Positions 1-10,346 of a stretch of DNA of 64,000 nt are shown one piece after another. Position 1 is the stretch's first letter. Every line of letters begins with the position of its first letter. The stretch is from the NCBI GenBank assembly GCA_927435965.1, contig CAKMKB010000144.1:2079-66078 (forward strand), written 5' to 3'. This DNA is from an uncultured Clostridia bacterium (GTDB lineage: Bacteria > Bacillota > Clostridia > Tissierellales > Dethiosulfatibacteraceae). The notes beneath the pieces were generated by a model. It did no database searches and had not been told where the DNA came from. It saw only the letters and a program-made list of their open reading frames with translations. The position numbers and the translations under genes were made by a program.

Positions 1-2931
1 TATTTAATTGCAATTTTTTTAGTTGTTATAGTGTTAACAGCAAGCTCTTTTTTCTCTATGGATGTTTTATGGAACAATACAGCTGACTTATACAATCATC
101 CCTTAACTGTTCGGAGAGCAGTAGGGGATATTAAAGTAGATGTTCTTTTAATTCACAGGGATATGCGGCAGTTGACTTTTGAACAGAGTGAACAGGAAAT
201 CACGAGGCTCATCAGCAATATTGATACTTATGAAGCAAATATCGAACGGCATTTAGATATTCTATACAGCAGATACCTGGGTCCGCAAAGTGATATTGAT
301 GAAACTGTAAATGCATTAAATCAATGGAAAACCATCAGAACTGAAACAATCAGATTATTGCGTGCCGGACAGGTTGAAGAAGCTGAAAATAGAGTTAAAG
401 CAAGTGGCGTAGGCGGTATGCAGGCGGACAATATTTTGGATAATCTAACCCAAATCAGTGATTTCGCATCAACCAAAGGTGATGATTTATTTGAAACTGC
501 GCAAAATCAGAGAAATAGAATCATAGGACAAATGATATTTTTATGCTTAGGAATTCTTGCTATATTAATTGTAGTTATTCACTATCTGCGAAAAGGGTTA
601 TTGCCTCCTTTGGCAGCATTAACTGCTGCTACTGAAGCAATTAACCGGGGGAAGCTAGATATACGGATACAAAACGACTCACCAAATGAGCTAGGGGAGC
701 TATCAAGAGCATTTAATGACATGTCCGAAACTATCCAAAATGAAATGGAATATAGAGAGAACACAATCGCTATATCTTCAGTTATGTTTAAACATACTAC
801 CCTACGTCCATATTGTCAGGAGTTGTTGAATAATCTGATTGAGGTTACTTCTTCACAAATAGGTGCAATATATTTCTTAAATGAAGTCAATGATCAATTT
901 GATTGTTACGAGTCTGTTGGGGCAAAGGTTAATACGCTTTGCTCGTTTTCTTCGTCTGCAAAAGAAGGTGAATTTGGCATAGCACTAGCAACAAAAAAAG
1001 TACACTATTTGAAGGATATTCCATCCGATATTCAGGTTGTATTCTCCACAGTTATAGGAGAATATAAAGTAAAAGAAATCATAACGATACCTATTATCAA
1101 TGGAGCTGATGTTATCTCCGTGATTTCTCTGGCAAGCATAAAAGGTTACTCAACAAATGCGATTAGGTTCATTGACGGTGTAGTAAATGAAATCACCGCT
1201 AGCCTTAATGCAGTATTGTCATCACAGAGGATTCTTGAGTTTTCTAAGAAGCTTCAAACTAATAACACTGAGTTGGAACAACAAGCAAAAGAGCTAGAAA
1301 TGCAGGCAAATGAGTTGACAGAGCAGAATGCTAAACTGGAAATGCAAAAAAAGCAATTGGACGAAGCCAGCCGACTCAAAACCAGTTTTTTATCAAATAT
1401 GAGCCATGAATTACGGACTCCTCTCAATTCGGTTATCGCTCTATCAGCAGTGCTTGGTCGAAGACTTGTCAACAAAATTCCTGAAGAGGAATGGAGCTAT
1501 CTAGAAATTATTGAGCGAAATGGGAAAAATCTTCTGACATTGATTAACGATATACTAGACATTTCCCGAATCGAGGCAGGTCACGAAGAAGTTGAAATAA
1601 AAAGGTTTAATGTTGATTATGTAATTTCAGATATGGTAGCAATGTTACAGCCTCAAGCACAACAGCAAGAAATTGAGATGATCTATACTTCAGAAGATGC
1701 TGAGATATTGATTAATAGTGATTATAACAAGTTTAGGCATATTCTACAAAACCTAATCGCAAATGCAATTAAATTTACCGAAAAAGGTACTGTTGAGATT
1801 ATAGCCACTCAACATGAAAATAGCATTGAAATTGCTGTGAACGACACCGGTATAGGCATTCCTGAAGAACATCTGCCACATATTTTTGACGAGTTCAGGC
1901 AAGTTGATGGTAGCACTTCCAGAAAATTCGGAGGAAATGGTCTAGGATTGGCCATTTCAAAAAAATATGCTCATTTATTGGGAGGTATCATTACAGTAAA
2001 TAGTATTCTTGGCTCGGGCTCACAGTTTAAATTGACTCTACCATTGCATTATTGTGATGATAATTTTATAACTGAAGAAACAAATATAATCGATAAAGGG
2101 GCTAATACGATACTATCAGAAGATCAAAATAGTAATGATTTGTCTGAAAAAACAATTCTTTTGGTAGAGGATAATGAATCATCGATCATACAGATCAAAG
2201 ATCTGATAGAGGCAATTGGATGCAACGTTCAAGTTGCACACGATGCAAGCGAGGCATTTGGGATCATTGAACATGGAATACCTGACGCCATGATACTTGA
2301 TTTGATGATGCCCGATGTTGATGGATTCCAAGTGCTAAAAATACTACGCAACGCAGAACCAACAGCTCACATACCAGTATTGATACTGACAGCAAAGCAT
2401 ATTACTAAAGAAGAACTGAGCTTTTTAAAGCGAAACAATGTGCATCAATTAATTCAAAAGGGTGAAATTAAGCGACAAGAACTCAAGCAAGCAATAGTGA
2501 GTATGTTGAGTCTTGATAAAAATCATGTAGAGAAGTTGTTAAAAAAACCTCAAATAATTGAAGGCAAACCAGTAGTGTTGGTGGTTGAAGACAATCCGGA
2601 TAATATGACAACAGTAAAAGCTCTTTTAAAAGACAATCACATTGTAATAGAAGCAGTGAATGCTCACGAAGGTATAGAAAAGACAAAAAAATATTTACCG
2701 GATCTCATTCTGATGGACATTGCTCTACCGGATCTCAATGGGATAGAGGCGTTCAGGAAAATAAGAAGAATGCCACAATCACAACACATACCGGTTATTG
2801 CATTAACTGCCAGTGTTATGCAAAATGATCGCGAAACCATTCTATCACACGGATTTGATGCGTTCATTGGTAAGCCTATTATCGAGAGTGAGTTCTCTAT
2901 AGTATTGAATGAGGTGCTATATGGAAAATAA
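1..2931 (+). CDS. hybrid sensor histidine kinase, 5' end off-window (TM - helical sensor - TM - HAMP - GAF - coiled coil - HisKA - HATPase - REC - REC)
   Basis: Frame 1 is open from nt 1 (YLIAIFLVVIV precedes the GTG at 31), so the true start lies upstream of the window. Second TM IIGQMIFLCLGILAILIVVI, then a HAMP-like segment (ELGELSRAFNDM). H-box SNMSHELRTPLNS; N/G boxes NLIANAIKFT, DTGIGIPEEHLPHIFDEF, GGNGLGLAISK. Two receiver domains (ILLVEDN..LDLMMPDVDG..LTAK; VLVVEDN..LMDIALPDLNG..ALTAS). Confidence 0.9.
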   Translation, partial: YLIAIFLVVIVLTASSFFSMDVLWNNTADLYNHPLTVRRAVGDIKVDVLLIHRDMRQLTFEQSEQEITRLISNIDTYEANIERHLDILYSRYLGPQSDIDETVNALNQWKTIRTETIRLLRAGQVEEAENRVKASGVGGMQADNILDNLTQISDFASTKGDDLFETAQNQRNRIIGQMIFLCLGILAILIVVIHYLRKGLLPPLAALTAATEAINRGKLDIRIQNDSPNELGELSRAFNDMSETIQNEMEYRENTIAISSVMFKHTTLRPYCQELLNNLIEVTSSQIGAIYFLNEVNDQFDCYESVGAKVNTLCSFSSSAKEGEFGIALATKKVHYLKDIPSDIQVVFSTVIGEYKVKEIITIPIINGADVISVISLASIKGYSTNAIRFIDGVVNEITASLNAVLSSQRILEFSKKLQTNNTELEQQAKELEMQANELTEQNAKLEMQKKQLDEASRLKTSFLSNMSHELRTPLNSVIALSAVLGRRLVNKIPEEEWSYLEIIERNGKNLLTLINDILDISRIEAGHEEVEIKRFNVDYVISDMVAMLQPQAQQQEIEMIYTSEDAEILINSDYNKFRHILQNLIANAIKFTEKGTVEIIATQHENSIEIAVNDTGIGIPEEHLPHIFDEFRQVDGSTSRKFGGNGLGLAISKKYAHLLGGIITVNSILGSGSQFKLTLPLHYCDDNFITEETNIIDKGANTILSEDQNSNDLSEKTILLVEDNESSIIQIKDLIEAIGCNVQVAHDASEAFGIIEHGIPDAMILDLMMPDVDGFQVLKILRNAEPTAHIPVLILTAKHITKEELSFLKRNNVHQLIQKGEIKRQELKQAIVSMLSLDKNHVEKLLKKPQIIEGKPVVLVVEDNPDNMTTVKALLKDNHIVIEAVNAHEGIEKTKKYLPDLILMDIALPDLNGIEAFRKIRRMPQSQHIPVIALTASVMQNDRETILSHGFDAFIGKPIIESEFSIVLNEVLYGK

Positions 2932-5230
2932 GAGGTTCAAGATACTAGCAGTCGATGATAATAAGGATAATCTGGTTATTCTAAAAGCCTTAATTATGGA
3001 TGCTTTTAAAGAGGCTGAGGTGTTGTCAGCTGTAAGTGGTCAACAAGGGTTTTATATAGCTGAAGTGGAGGAACCTGACGTAATTCTTCTGGACATAATA
3101 ATGCCGGGGATGGATGGATTCGAGGTGTGCACGAGACTTAAAGCAGATAAAAGACTTCGTGATATACCTGTTGTATTTGTAACGGCCCTGAAAGGTGATA
3201 AAGAGAACCGCATCAAAGCATTGGAATGTGGAGCGGAAGCTTTTTTGTCAAAACCAATCGATGAAATTGAACTGACTGCACAGATTCGAGCTATGATTAA
3301 AATAAGAGCTGCAAATCTCCAGAAGCGTGACGAAAAACAATTGCTTGCTGCATTGGTTGAAGAGAAAACCAGGGAACTGAAGGAATCAAATATAAAAACA
3401 CTGCAATTGTTTGAAGCGTTAAAGAAAGAGCAGAGATTAACCGAGGCAATATTTGATAGCATACAGGGTTATTTATTTGTTTATGATGAGTATGGTAAAC
3501 TTATAAAATGGAATAAGAAGCATGAAACAATAACCGGATTCACAGCTGAGGAATTATCCCATATGACTCTTGAAAAATGGTTTGATAAAGAGGATATATT
3601 GAAAGTTAACGCAGCCGTACATGATGTTTTCGAAAAAGGTTATGGCGAAGTGGAAGCCCAGCTGATCTTAAAGAACGGAGAAAAGTTGATGACCCGCTCA
3701 AGTGGAGCTCCTTTCGTTTGGGATGGACGTAAATATTTTGCCGGTATTGGCGTGGACATTACTGAGCAATTGCATGCAAAAAAAATCCTAAAAGAAAAAG
3801 AGTTAGCTTTAATCAAAAGCGAAGCAAAGTATCGACAAATAACTGAGAGCATTTCGGATGTTGTTTGGACTGCTGATTTGAACCTCAACACAATTTATGT
3901 AAGTCCATCCGTTGAAAAGATGTTGGGAGAGTCAGTTCAAGCACACTTAAATCGTTCTTTCGAGGAAAAGCTTAAATCGGATTCTTTGAAAAGAGTACAT
4001 CAGGTTTTGGCTGAAGAATTGGAAAGAGAAAAAGATCCTAGGTGTGATAAAAAAAGATCCAGGATTATTGAAGTAGAGCACTATCATGCAGATGGAAGTA
4101 CTATTTGGGTTTCTATGCATGTATCTTTTTTGAGAGATGATAATGGCAAAGTAATTGGATTCCAAGGCGTAAGCCGTGATATTACACAGCGTAAAAAAGT
4201 TGAAAATGAACTGCTTTATTTAAGCTATCATGACCATCTTACCGGTTTATACAACCGAAGATTTTTTGAAGAAGAATTGAAAAGGGTGGACACAAATCAA
4301 AACCTTCCATTGTCAATAATTTTATGTGATGTTAACGGATTAAAACTAGTTAATGATTCATTTGGACACGATTCAGGAGATCAACTTCTTATAATGGCTG
4401 CTGATGCTATCAGAAATGCATGCCGAAAGGAAGCTGTTATAGCTAGAATAGGAGGGGATGAGTTTGTTGTTCTACTGCCTAAGGTTTCAGCAATTGAAAC
4501 GGTTCAAATAGCAAACCAGATAAAAGAAATGGCTTCATTAGAAAAAGTAGCCAACATTGAACTGTCTCTTTCATATGGATATGATACCAAGACTAATGTC
4601 AAACAACCAATCAATGAGGTAATTGCAAATGCTGAAAACTATATGTACAGACATAAACTATATGAGCGGTCGAGTATAAGAAGTAAAACGATAGATTTGA
4701 TTATGAATGCATTATATGAAAAAAGCAATCGAGAGGCAATGCATTCGAGCAGGGTTAGTAGTATTTGTCAATCTATTGCAGTTAAAATGAATTTTGACAA
4801 GGATGCAGTCAATCAGATGAAAATTGCAGGACTTATTCATGATATTGGGAAAATAGGAGTAGATGAGAAAATACTTAACAAGCCGGGTAGTCTAACTAAT
4901 AATGAAAGAAAAGACGTGCAAAGGCACCCCGAAATAGGTTGGAGACTATTGAGCTCTACAAACGAATTTACAGAGTTAGCCCAATTTGTACTTAATCATC
5001 ATGAAAAATGGGATGGTAGTGGATATCCGAATGGACTCAAAAAAGATACAATACCACTTGAGGCTAGGATTATTGCTGTTGCTGACGCATATGATGCAAT
5101 GACCAGCAAAAGAAGCTACAAAAGTATTATAGATCAGGAAGAGGCTGTAAATGAATTGATGAGATGTGCCGGGACTCATTTCGACCCTGAGATAGTAGAG
5201 ATTTTCGTGAATCAAGTATTAAAGATATAA
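2921..5230 (+). CDS. response regulator REC-PAS-PAS-GGDEF-HD-GYP (potential bifunctional c-di-GMP cyclase/phosphodiesterase)
   Basis: ATG at 2921 is preceded by GAGGTG and overlaps the upstream stop by 11 nt. REC (ILAVDDN..LLDIIMPGMDG..VTALK), two PAS-like blocks, GGDEF domain (LTGLYNRRFF, RIGGDEFVVLL), HD-GYP domain (HDIGKIGV, HHEKWDGSGYPNGL). Confidence 0.9.
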   Translation: MENKRFKILAVDDNKDNLVILKALIMDAFKEAEVLSAVSGQQGFYIAEVEEPDVILLDIIMPGMDGFEVCTRLKADKRLRDIPVVFVTALKGDKENRIKALECGAEAFLSKPIDEIELTAQIRAMIKIRAANLQKRDEKQLLAALVEEKTRELKESNIKTLQLFEALKKEQRLTEAIFDSIQGYLFVYDEYGKLIKWNKKHETITGFTAEELSHMTLEKWFDKEDILKVNAAVHDVFEKGYGEVEAQLILKNGEKLMTRSSGAPFVWDGRKYFAGIGVDITEQLHAKKILKEKELALIKSEAKYRQITESISDVVWTADLNLNTIYVSPSVEKMLGESVQAHLNRSFEEKLKSDSLKRVHQVLAEELEREKDPRCDKKRSRIIEVEHYHADGSTIWVSMHVSFLRDDNGKVIGFQGVSRDITQRKKVENELLYLSYHDHLTGLYNRRFFEEELKRVDTNQNLPLSIILCDVNGLKLVNDSFGHDSGDQLLIMAADAIRNACRKEAVIARIGGDEFVVLLPKVSAIETVQIANQIKEMASLEKVANIELSLSYGYDTKTNVKQPINEVIANAENYMYRHKLYERSSIRSKTIDLIMNALYEKSNREAMHSSRVSSICQSIAVKMNFDKDAVNQMKIAGLIHDIGKIGVDEKILNKPGSLTNNERKDVQRHPEIGWRLLSSTNEFTELAQFVLNHHEKWDGSGYPNGLKKDTIPLEARIIAVADAYDAMTSKRSYKSIIDQEEAVNELMRCAGTHFDPEIVEIFVNQVLKI

Positions 5231-5242
5231 ATCAATTTTACT

Positions 5243-5271
5243 TCTCCCACACTTCCAAATGGGAGATTTTT
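5243..5271 (+). terminator. rho-independent terminator after the GGDEF/HD-GYP gene
   Basis: Stem tctccca (5243-5249) pairs with tgggaga (5260-5266), 10-nt loop, followed by ttttt. Confidence 0.7.
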
Positions 5272-5318
5272 CTTGGAAAAGAACAACAAGATGCAAAAAT
5301 AAGAAAACAGTAGGAGAT

Positions 5319-6401
5319 ATGATGGCACAACTTGACAAAAGTAAGAAAAAGATTAGAATTTTTGGATTGAGCATAGTAGGTTTCGTTTTGATATTTTCTG
5401 TCATTTCGATGATTGTTGTATCGATTATTTACAATGGACAATTTCCAAGATATGATAGACATGATTCGACGATTACAGCCGGATTGAGATATGAAGATCT
5501 AGAAACGGTGTATCCAAGAAGTCTTGTGAATTTCAAATCAGGCAATAATACCTTGCAAGGATATATCTATGGTCAAAATCAAAACCAAGGTCTTGTTGTC
5601 GTGGCCCATGGTCTTGGCGGAGGCGCGGATAGTTATTTGTCTCAAATCACTTATTTTGTCGATCAGGGATGGCAGGTTTTTGCTTACGATGCAACCGGAA
5701 GCTTTGACAGTGAAGGCAAGACCACAAAAGGATTTCCTCAAGCATTGATTGACTTGGATGCGGCTTTGACATATATTAACACTCAAGAGACATTTGTCGA
5801 TCTGCCAATACTATTGTTTGGGCACAGCTGGGGTGGCTATGCAGTGTCCAATCTATTGCATTATGACTACAAAATTTCGGCTGTTGCTACAGTATCCGCT
5901 GCCAATAGTGCGATGGAAATGATTGTAGAACAAGGACGAAGTATGATGGGGCCCTTTATTAATATTCAATATCCATTTTTGTGGTTATATCAAAGGATCT
6001 TATTTGGCGAAACGGCTTCTCTGAATGCAATCGACGCCATCAACCAATCAAATGTACCTGTTTTGATTATACACGGATCCGAAGATGAGGTTATTGCTTA
6101 TGAGGGCAGCTCCATTATTTCGAAACTTGAAGACATCACCAATCCTAACACAAGAGCCATATCATTAAGTGAGCCTGGAAGAAACGGGCATAACAATCTA
6201 TTTCGTTCCAGAACCAGTATGGAATACATAGATGAAATCAATATTGAATATCGCAAGCTTTATGATTCATATAATCAAAACATTCCATATGAAATCAAAC
6301 AAGACTTTTACTCAAAAATTGATAGAGACTTAGCCCAAGATATAAACAGAGACTTGATGGATGAGATTAATGATTTCTTCTTGGAGAGCATAGGTAAATA
6401 G
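5319..6401 (+). CDS. membrane-anchored alpha/beta hydrolase
   Basis: N-terminal TM IFGLSIVGFVLIFSVISMIVVSII; nucleophile elbow GHSWGG. The ORF-track start 5259 lies inside the upstream terminator hairpin, so ATG 5319/5322 after AGGAG is preferred. Confidence 0.8.
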   Translation: MMAQLDKSKKKIRIFGLSIVGFVLIFSVISMIVVSIIYNGQFPRYDRHDSTITAGLRYEDLETVYPRSLVNFKSGNNTLQGYIYGQNQNQGLVVVAHGLGGGADSYLSQITYFVDQGWQVFAYDATGSFDSEGKTTKGFPQALIDLDAALTYINTQETFVDLPILLFGHSWGGYAVSNLLHYDYKISAVATVSAANSAMEMIVEQGRSMMGPFINIQYPFLWLYQRILFGETASLNAIDAINQSNVPVLIIHGSEDEVIAYEGSSIISKLEDITNPNTRAISLSEPGRNGHNNLFRSRTSMEYIDEINIEYRKLYDSYNQNIPYEIKQDFYSKIDRDLAQDINRDLMDEINDFFLESIGK

Positions 6402-6428
6402 TGACAAATAAACACAAGGATGTAAATC

Positions 6429-7733
6429 ATGGGTATGATTATACTATTGACAGCAATTATTGTGGAGATTTCATTGGCAGTGGTATGCTTTGCTAAAAAG
6501 TCAAATCTTATAAAAGCAAGAAACATAATCAGAATTGTTTCCTTTGCGGGATTTGTGCTACTTGCAGTCCTGCCGGTTATTGACTGGAGCATGCGCTATT
6601 ATGCTCTAGCCACCTTGTTGCTTGTTTTGACAATAATCGGTACAATCAGATTGATATATGGGACAGAAGATAAAAATAGGTATAAAGCAAAAAAAATTGT
6701 TTTAAATGCCATAGGGATGATGGTTCTTTTTTTTGTGGTTACCTTACCAGCTATTGCCTTTCCACAAAACAAGATTATAATAGATGTCACAGGAGATTAT
6801 CAAACTTTGACAAAAACCTACACGTATATTGATGATAGCCGCCTCGAGAGCTATGGTAACACAGAAAAAAACAGAAAGCTTAATGTACAAATGTGGTATC
6901 CTGATGGTACAGGCGAAAAGTATCCTCTAATCGTGTTTTCACATGGTGGATTTGGTATCAAATCTAGCAATGAATCGTTATACAATGAACTTGCAAGTCA
7001 TGGTTATGTTGTGTGTTCGATAGATCATACATATCATAGCTTTTACACAACAGATGATGACGGAAAGACGACACGGGTTGATCTCGGTTATATGAAGGAG
7101 TTGTCCTCGGAAGATCCAAATTCAAATATCGAGCTAAGCTATGAGTATTATCAAAAATGGATGAGTGTGCGGACAAAAGACATTGATTTTGTCATCGACT
7201 CTATAATTTTAGAATCAGAAAACAACAATGCAGATTTTGTGTACACGCTTATAGACACCACTAAAATTGGTGTTATGGGACACTCCCTAGGTGGATCGGC
7301 AGCCCTGGGAATAGCTAGAGTAAGAGATGATGTTAGTGCGGTAATTGCTCTGGAATCGCCCTTTATGTGTGATATTAAGGGTGTTGAGAATGGTCAGTTT
7401 ATTTTCACAGATGTAAATTATCCTGTGCCTGTGCTAAATGTGTATTCGGATAGCGCGTGGAATATCCTATCTGAACGACCGCAATACAAGGCAAACTATG
7501 ACATGCTAACAGATGATAATCCGACTTCGTTTAATGTCCATATCAACGGGGTGGGACATTTAGGACTGACTGATTTTGCATTGACCAGCCCTTTACTGAC
7601 TCGAATGTTGGACGGACAGCAATCAATAAAGGAAGCAGAAGATGTCCTAAAGATAATAAACAGGATGTGCCTGCAGTTTTTTGACAGCTATCTCAAAGGA
7701 ACAGGAGAGTTTAAGTCAAGTAATTCATATTGA
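6429..7733 (+). CDS. membrane-anchored alpha/beta hydrolase (lipase / PAF-acetylhydrolase-like)
   Basis: Three N-terminal hydrophobic helices followed by a hydrolase core with GHSLGGS nucleophile elbow. Confidence 0.75.
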   Translation: MGMIILLTAIIVEISLAVVCFAKKSNLIKARNIIRIVSFAGFVLLAVLPVIDWSMRYYALATLLLVLTIIGTIRLIYGTEDKNRYKAKKIVLNAIGMMVLFFVVTLPAIAFPQNKIIIDVTGDYQTLTKTYTYIDDSRLESYGNTEKNRKLNVQMWYPDGTGEKYPLIVFSHGGFGIKSSNESLYNELASHGYVVCSIDHTYHSFYTTDDDGKTTRVDLGYMKELSSEDPNSNIELSYEYYQKWMSVRTKDIDFVIDSIILESENNNADFVYTLIDTTKIGVMGHSLGGSAALGIARVRDDVSAVIALESPFMCDIKGVENGQFIFTDVNYPVPVLNVYSDSAWNILSERPQYKANYDMLTDDNPTSFNVHINGVGHLGLTDFALTSPLLTRMLDGQQSIKEAEDVLKIINRMCLQFFDSYLKGTGEFKSSNSY

Positions 7734-7757
7734 AAAATATACAAAGGATGTGATTTT

Positions 7758-8651
7758 ATGTCTATAGGTTTTAGAAACTATAATAGAAAGGCTGGAATAA
7801 CAGAGGATTATTTCGAAGTTAGAGATTTTTTGATAGAATTAGGCTATAGTGAGTTTGTTTATGCCAGATGGGACTGGATGATAACGCACAGTTATCTGGA
7901 TAAGGAGGCCATCGGGAAAATAGGACTATGGGAAGACGATGGAAAACTTGTTGGAGTATCAACGTTTGATACAATACTATGCAACGCTTATTGCCTCACC
8001 AAGCCTGAGTATTCATTTCTTAAAAGAGAGATGCTAATCTATTCAAAAGAGCATTTAGTAGGTGACAGTGAATTTGGCATAGTTATTTCATCAAAGGATG
8101 TGGAATTTCAAAATATTGCTTTAGAATTAGGATTCACTGCAACCGAGGACACTGAGGACGATGCGGTCTTTTACGTGGATAAATCACCAACTGAGTATCA
8201 ATTGCCAGAGGGATATCATATAACAACAATGAAAGAAAATTACAATCCTTATGAGTATTTGAGAGTCCTTTGGAGAGGCTTTAATCATGAACTAAAAGGA
8301 GAAGGTGAATTTTCATTTTCGGAAGAAAAAAATAGAGGTGTGGATAGTGAAATGTTGCGTCCTAATGTCGATCTGGATCTTAAGTTAGCAGTTGTCGGAC
8401 CTAATGGACATTTTGTATCTTATTGTGGGATGTGGTACGACGAAAAGGCTGGATTTGCAATTATAGAACCAGTTGCAACAGATCCTGATTACAGGAAGAT
8501 GGGATTAGGTAAGGCAGCTGTTTTGGAAGGAATAAGTAGTGTTGGGAAACTAGGTGCTAAGATCGTGTTTGTAGGATCTTCACAACAATTCTATTACAGC
8601 ATCGGGATGGCGCCATATGCGACTTCTACTGTTTGGAAGCAACTCAAATAA
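7758..8651 (+). CDS. GNAT family N-acetyltransferase
   Basis: C-terminal GNAT core with acetyl-CoA loop IEPVATDPDYRKMGLGKAAVLEGI. Confidence 0.7.
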   Translation: MSIGFRNYNRKAGITEDYFEVRDFLIELGYSEFVYARWDWMITHSYLDKEAIGKIGLWEDDGKLVGVSTFDTILCNAYCLTKPEYSFLKREMLIYSKEHLVGDSEFGIVISSKDVEFQNIALELGFTATEDTEDDAVFYVDKSPTEYQLPEGYHITTMKENYNPYEYLRVLWRGFNHELKGEGEFSFSEEKNRGVDSEMLRPNVDLDLKLAVVGPNGHFVSYCGMWYDEKAGFAIIEPVATDPDYRKMGLGKAAVLEGISSVGKLGAKIVFVGSSQQFYYSIGMAPYATSTVWKQLK

Positions 8652-8671
8652 AATGATTAGGAGTACAATTC

Positions 8672-9796
8672 ATGAAAATTTCAAAAAAAGACGCATTGGC
8701 ATGGTTTGAGTTTTTCTCAATCCTGCCAGAAGATGAGGAAGTTATGACTAAGCAACAGGAAATCATTTACGCTACATTTGCACAAATTGAAGCATCGATT
8801 GATGCTAGAAATGATATGTTGATGTCGGAAATTACAAATCTGAAAACCTTAGACAACAGAACATTTTTTGTGGGGAATGAAAGCAAATTTCCACGAGGAT
8901 GTCGTTCATGTTTGTTGGGAACCGGACTGAGCGCTATCAGGAAAACCAACGTATGCAACCTGGAGTGTAAGTTCTGCTACAATTATGGGGAACTGGAGGA
9001 TATTTCACCTGTAGGAGAAGGCATGTGGGAAATTGGTGGCACCAAGTTCTATGATAAGGATATAGATCTGCTGCTATCCATCCATCAGAAACCAACCGGC
9101 ATTTCCTATGTTTTTCTAGAACCATTCATGGAAATTGAAAAGTATTATCCAATTATAAAGAAATTCAGTGATGCTCAGATTCATCAGCATTTATACACAA
9201 ATGGTACTTTAGCGACGGAAGAGACCTTAAAAGCATTGGGAGAAGCTGGACTTGATGAGATACGTTTCAATCTGGGGGCTTCCAATTGCTCGGACATAGT
9301 TATTGAAAACATTGGGATTGCAAAAAAATATATTAATAATATAGGTATTGAAACACCAATGACCCCAGAGTTCTTTGAAACCTTTTTTAAGAAAAAGCAA
9401 GCTATTTTAGAGACAAAACTAGACTTTATAAATTGTGCTGAGCTGCATCTAAATGCGAATAACATCGACAATTACGATGGAGAAAACATGTATATATCCC
9501 GACATGGTTACATATCACCGATTTGGAGTAGGGAATTGACATTGAAGTTCATGAAAACAGCTGTTGAAGAAAACTGGGATTTGGTGGTCCACGATTGCTC
9601 CAACTACACTAAATTTACAAGAGGTTTGAATCTAGCCAGCAAAGAAGGCAAGTGGTTCGGGTCCAGTAATTATGTATCTGAATTCTCAAAGATACCTTAT
9701 AAAGTGTTTTTGCCAATACTACGAGATGAGAGTTTTAAATTTTTAACTGAAGAAGAGCTGCCTGATGCCTATAAGCCAGGCGAAATGTTTTTTTAA
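8672..9796 (+). CDS. radical SAM protein (unassigned subfamily)
   Basis: CX3CX2C motif CNLECKFC, preceded by a CRSC pair; downstream TIM-barrel-like region (LYTNGTLA, DEIRFNLGAS). Confidence 0.75.
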   Translation: MKISKKDALAWFEFFSILPEDEEVMTKQQEIIYATFAQIEASIDARNDMLMSEITNLKTLDNRTFFVGNESKFPRGCRSCLLGTGLSAIRKTNVCNLECKFCYNYGELEDISPVGEGMWEIGGTKFYDKDIDLLLSIHQKPTGISYVFLEPFMEIEKYYPIIKKFSDAQIHQHLYTNGTLATEETLKALGEAGLDEIRFNLGASNCSDIVIENIGIAKKYINNIGIETPMTPEFFETFFKKKQAILETKLDFINCAELHLNANNIDNYDGENMYISRHGYISPIWSRELTLKFMKTAVEENWDLVVHDCSNYTKFTRGLNLASKEGKWFGSSNYVSEFSKIPYKVFLPILRDESFKFLTEEELPDAYKPGEMFF

Positions 9797-9806
9797 GGGG
9801 GATTTT

Positions 9807-10331
9807 ATGCATCAGATTAAATTAATAAAACCTACTATGGCTTATGCCAATGATATTATGGATTACAGACAGGAGTTTTTAGATTTAGGTGATAGTTTAG
9901 ACGGTTGCGGAAGCTTGCGAGCTTGTTCTACAGCTGAAGAATGGATTCGTGATTTGGTAATGCTTGAGAGTTTGGATACTTGTCCGAAAGATAAGGTTTG
10001 TTCAGATACCTACTTAGCAATAAGACTCAGTGATGATTCAATTGTTGGTATAATTGACTTCAGGCATCACATCAATCATCCAATTCTTGGCGTTTGGGGA
10101 GGACATATTGGTTATTCTGTTCGACCGAAAGAAAGAAGGAAGGGTTACGCAACAGAAATGCTTAAGCAGATTCTAGTCAAATGCAGATTACATGGCTTAG
10201 AAAAAGTCTTGGTAACCTGTAATAATGATAATGTTGCAAGTAAGAAAACAATCATCGCCAACGGTGGTATATATGAAAACACTGTATTGGTAGAGGGTGA
10301 TAAAAAAGAACGTTACTGGATTAATTTATAG
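9807..10331 (+). CDS. GNAT family N-acetyltransferase
   Basis: GNAT core GYSVRPKERRKGYATEMLKQIL. The ATG at 9807 is preferred over the ORF-track start 9765, which overlaps the radical SAM gene. Confidence 0.75.
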   Translation: MHQIKLIKPTMAYANDIMDYRQEFLDLGDSLDGCGSLRACSTAEEWIRDLVMLESLDTCPKDKVCSDTYLAIRLSDDSIVGIIDFRHHINHPILGVWGGHIGYSVRPKERRKGYATEMLKQILVKCRLHGLEKVLVTCNNDNVASKKTIIANGGIYENTVLVEGDKKERYWINL

Positions 10332-10346
10332 TCCCAAAGGTGTCCT

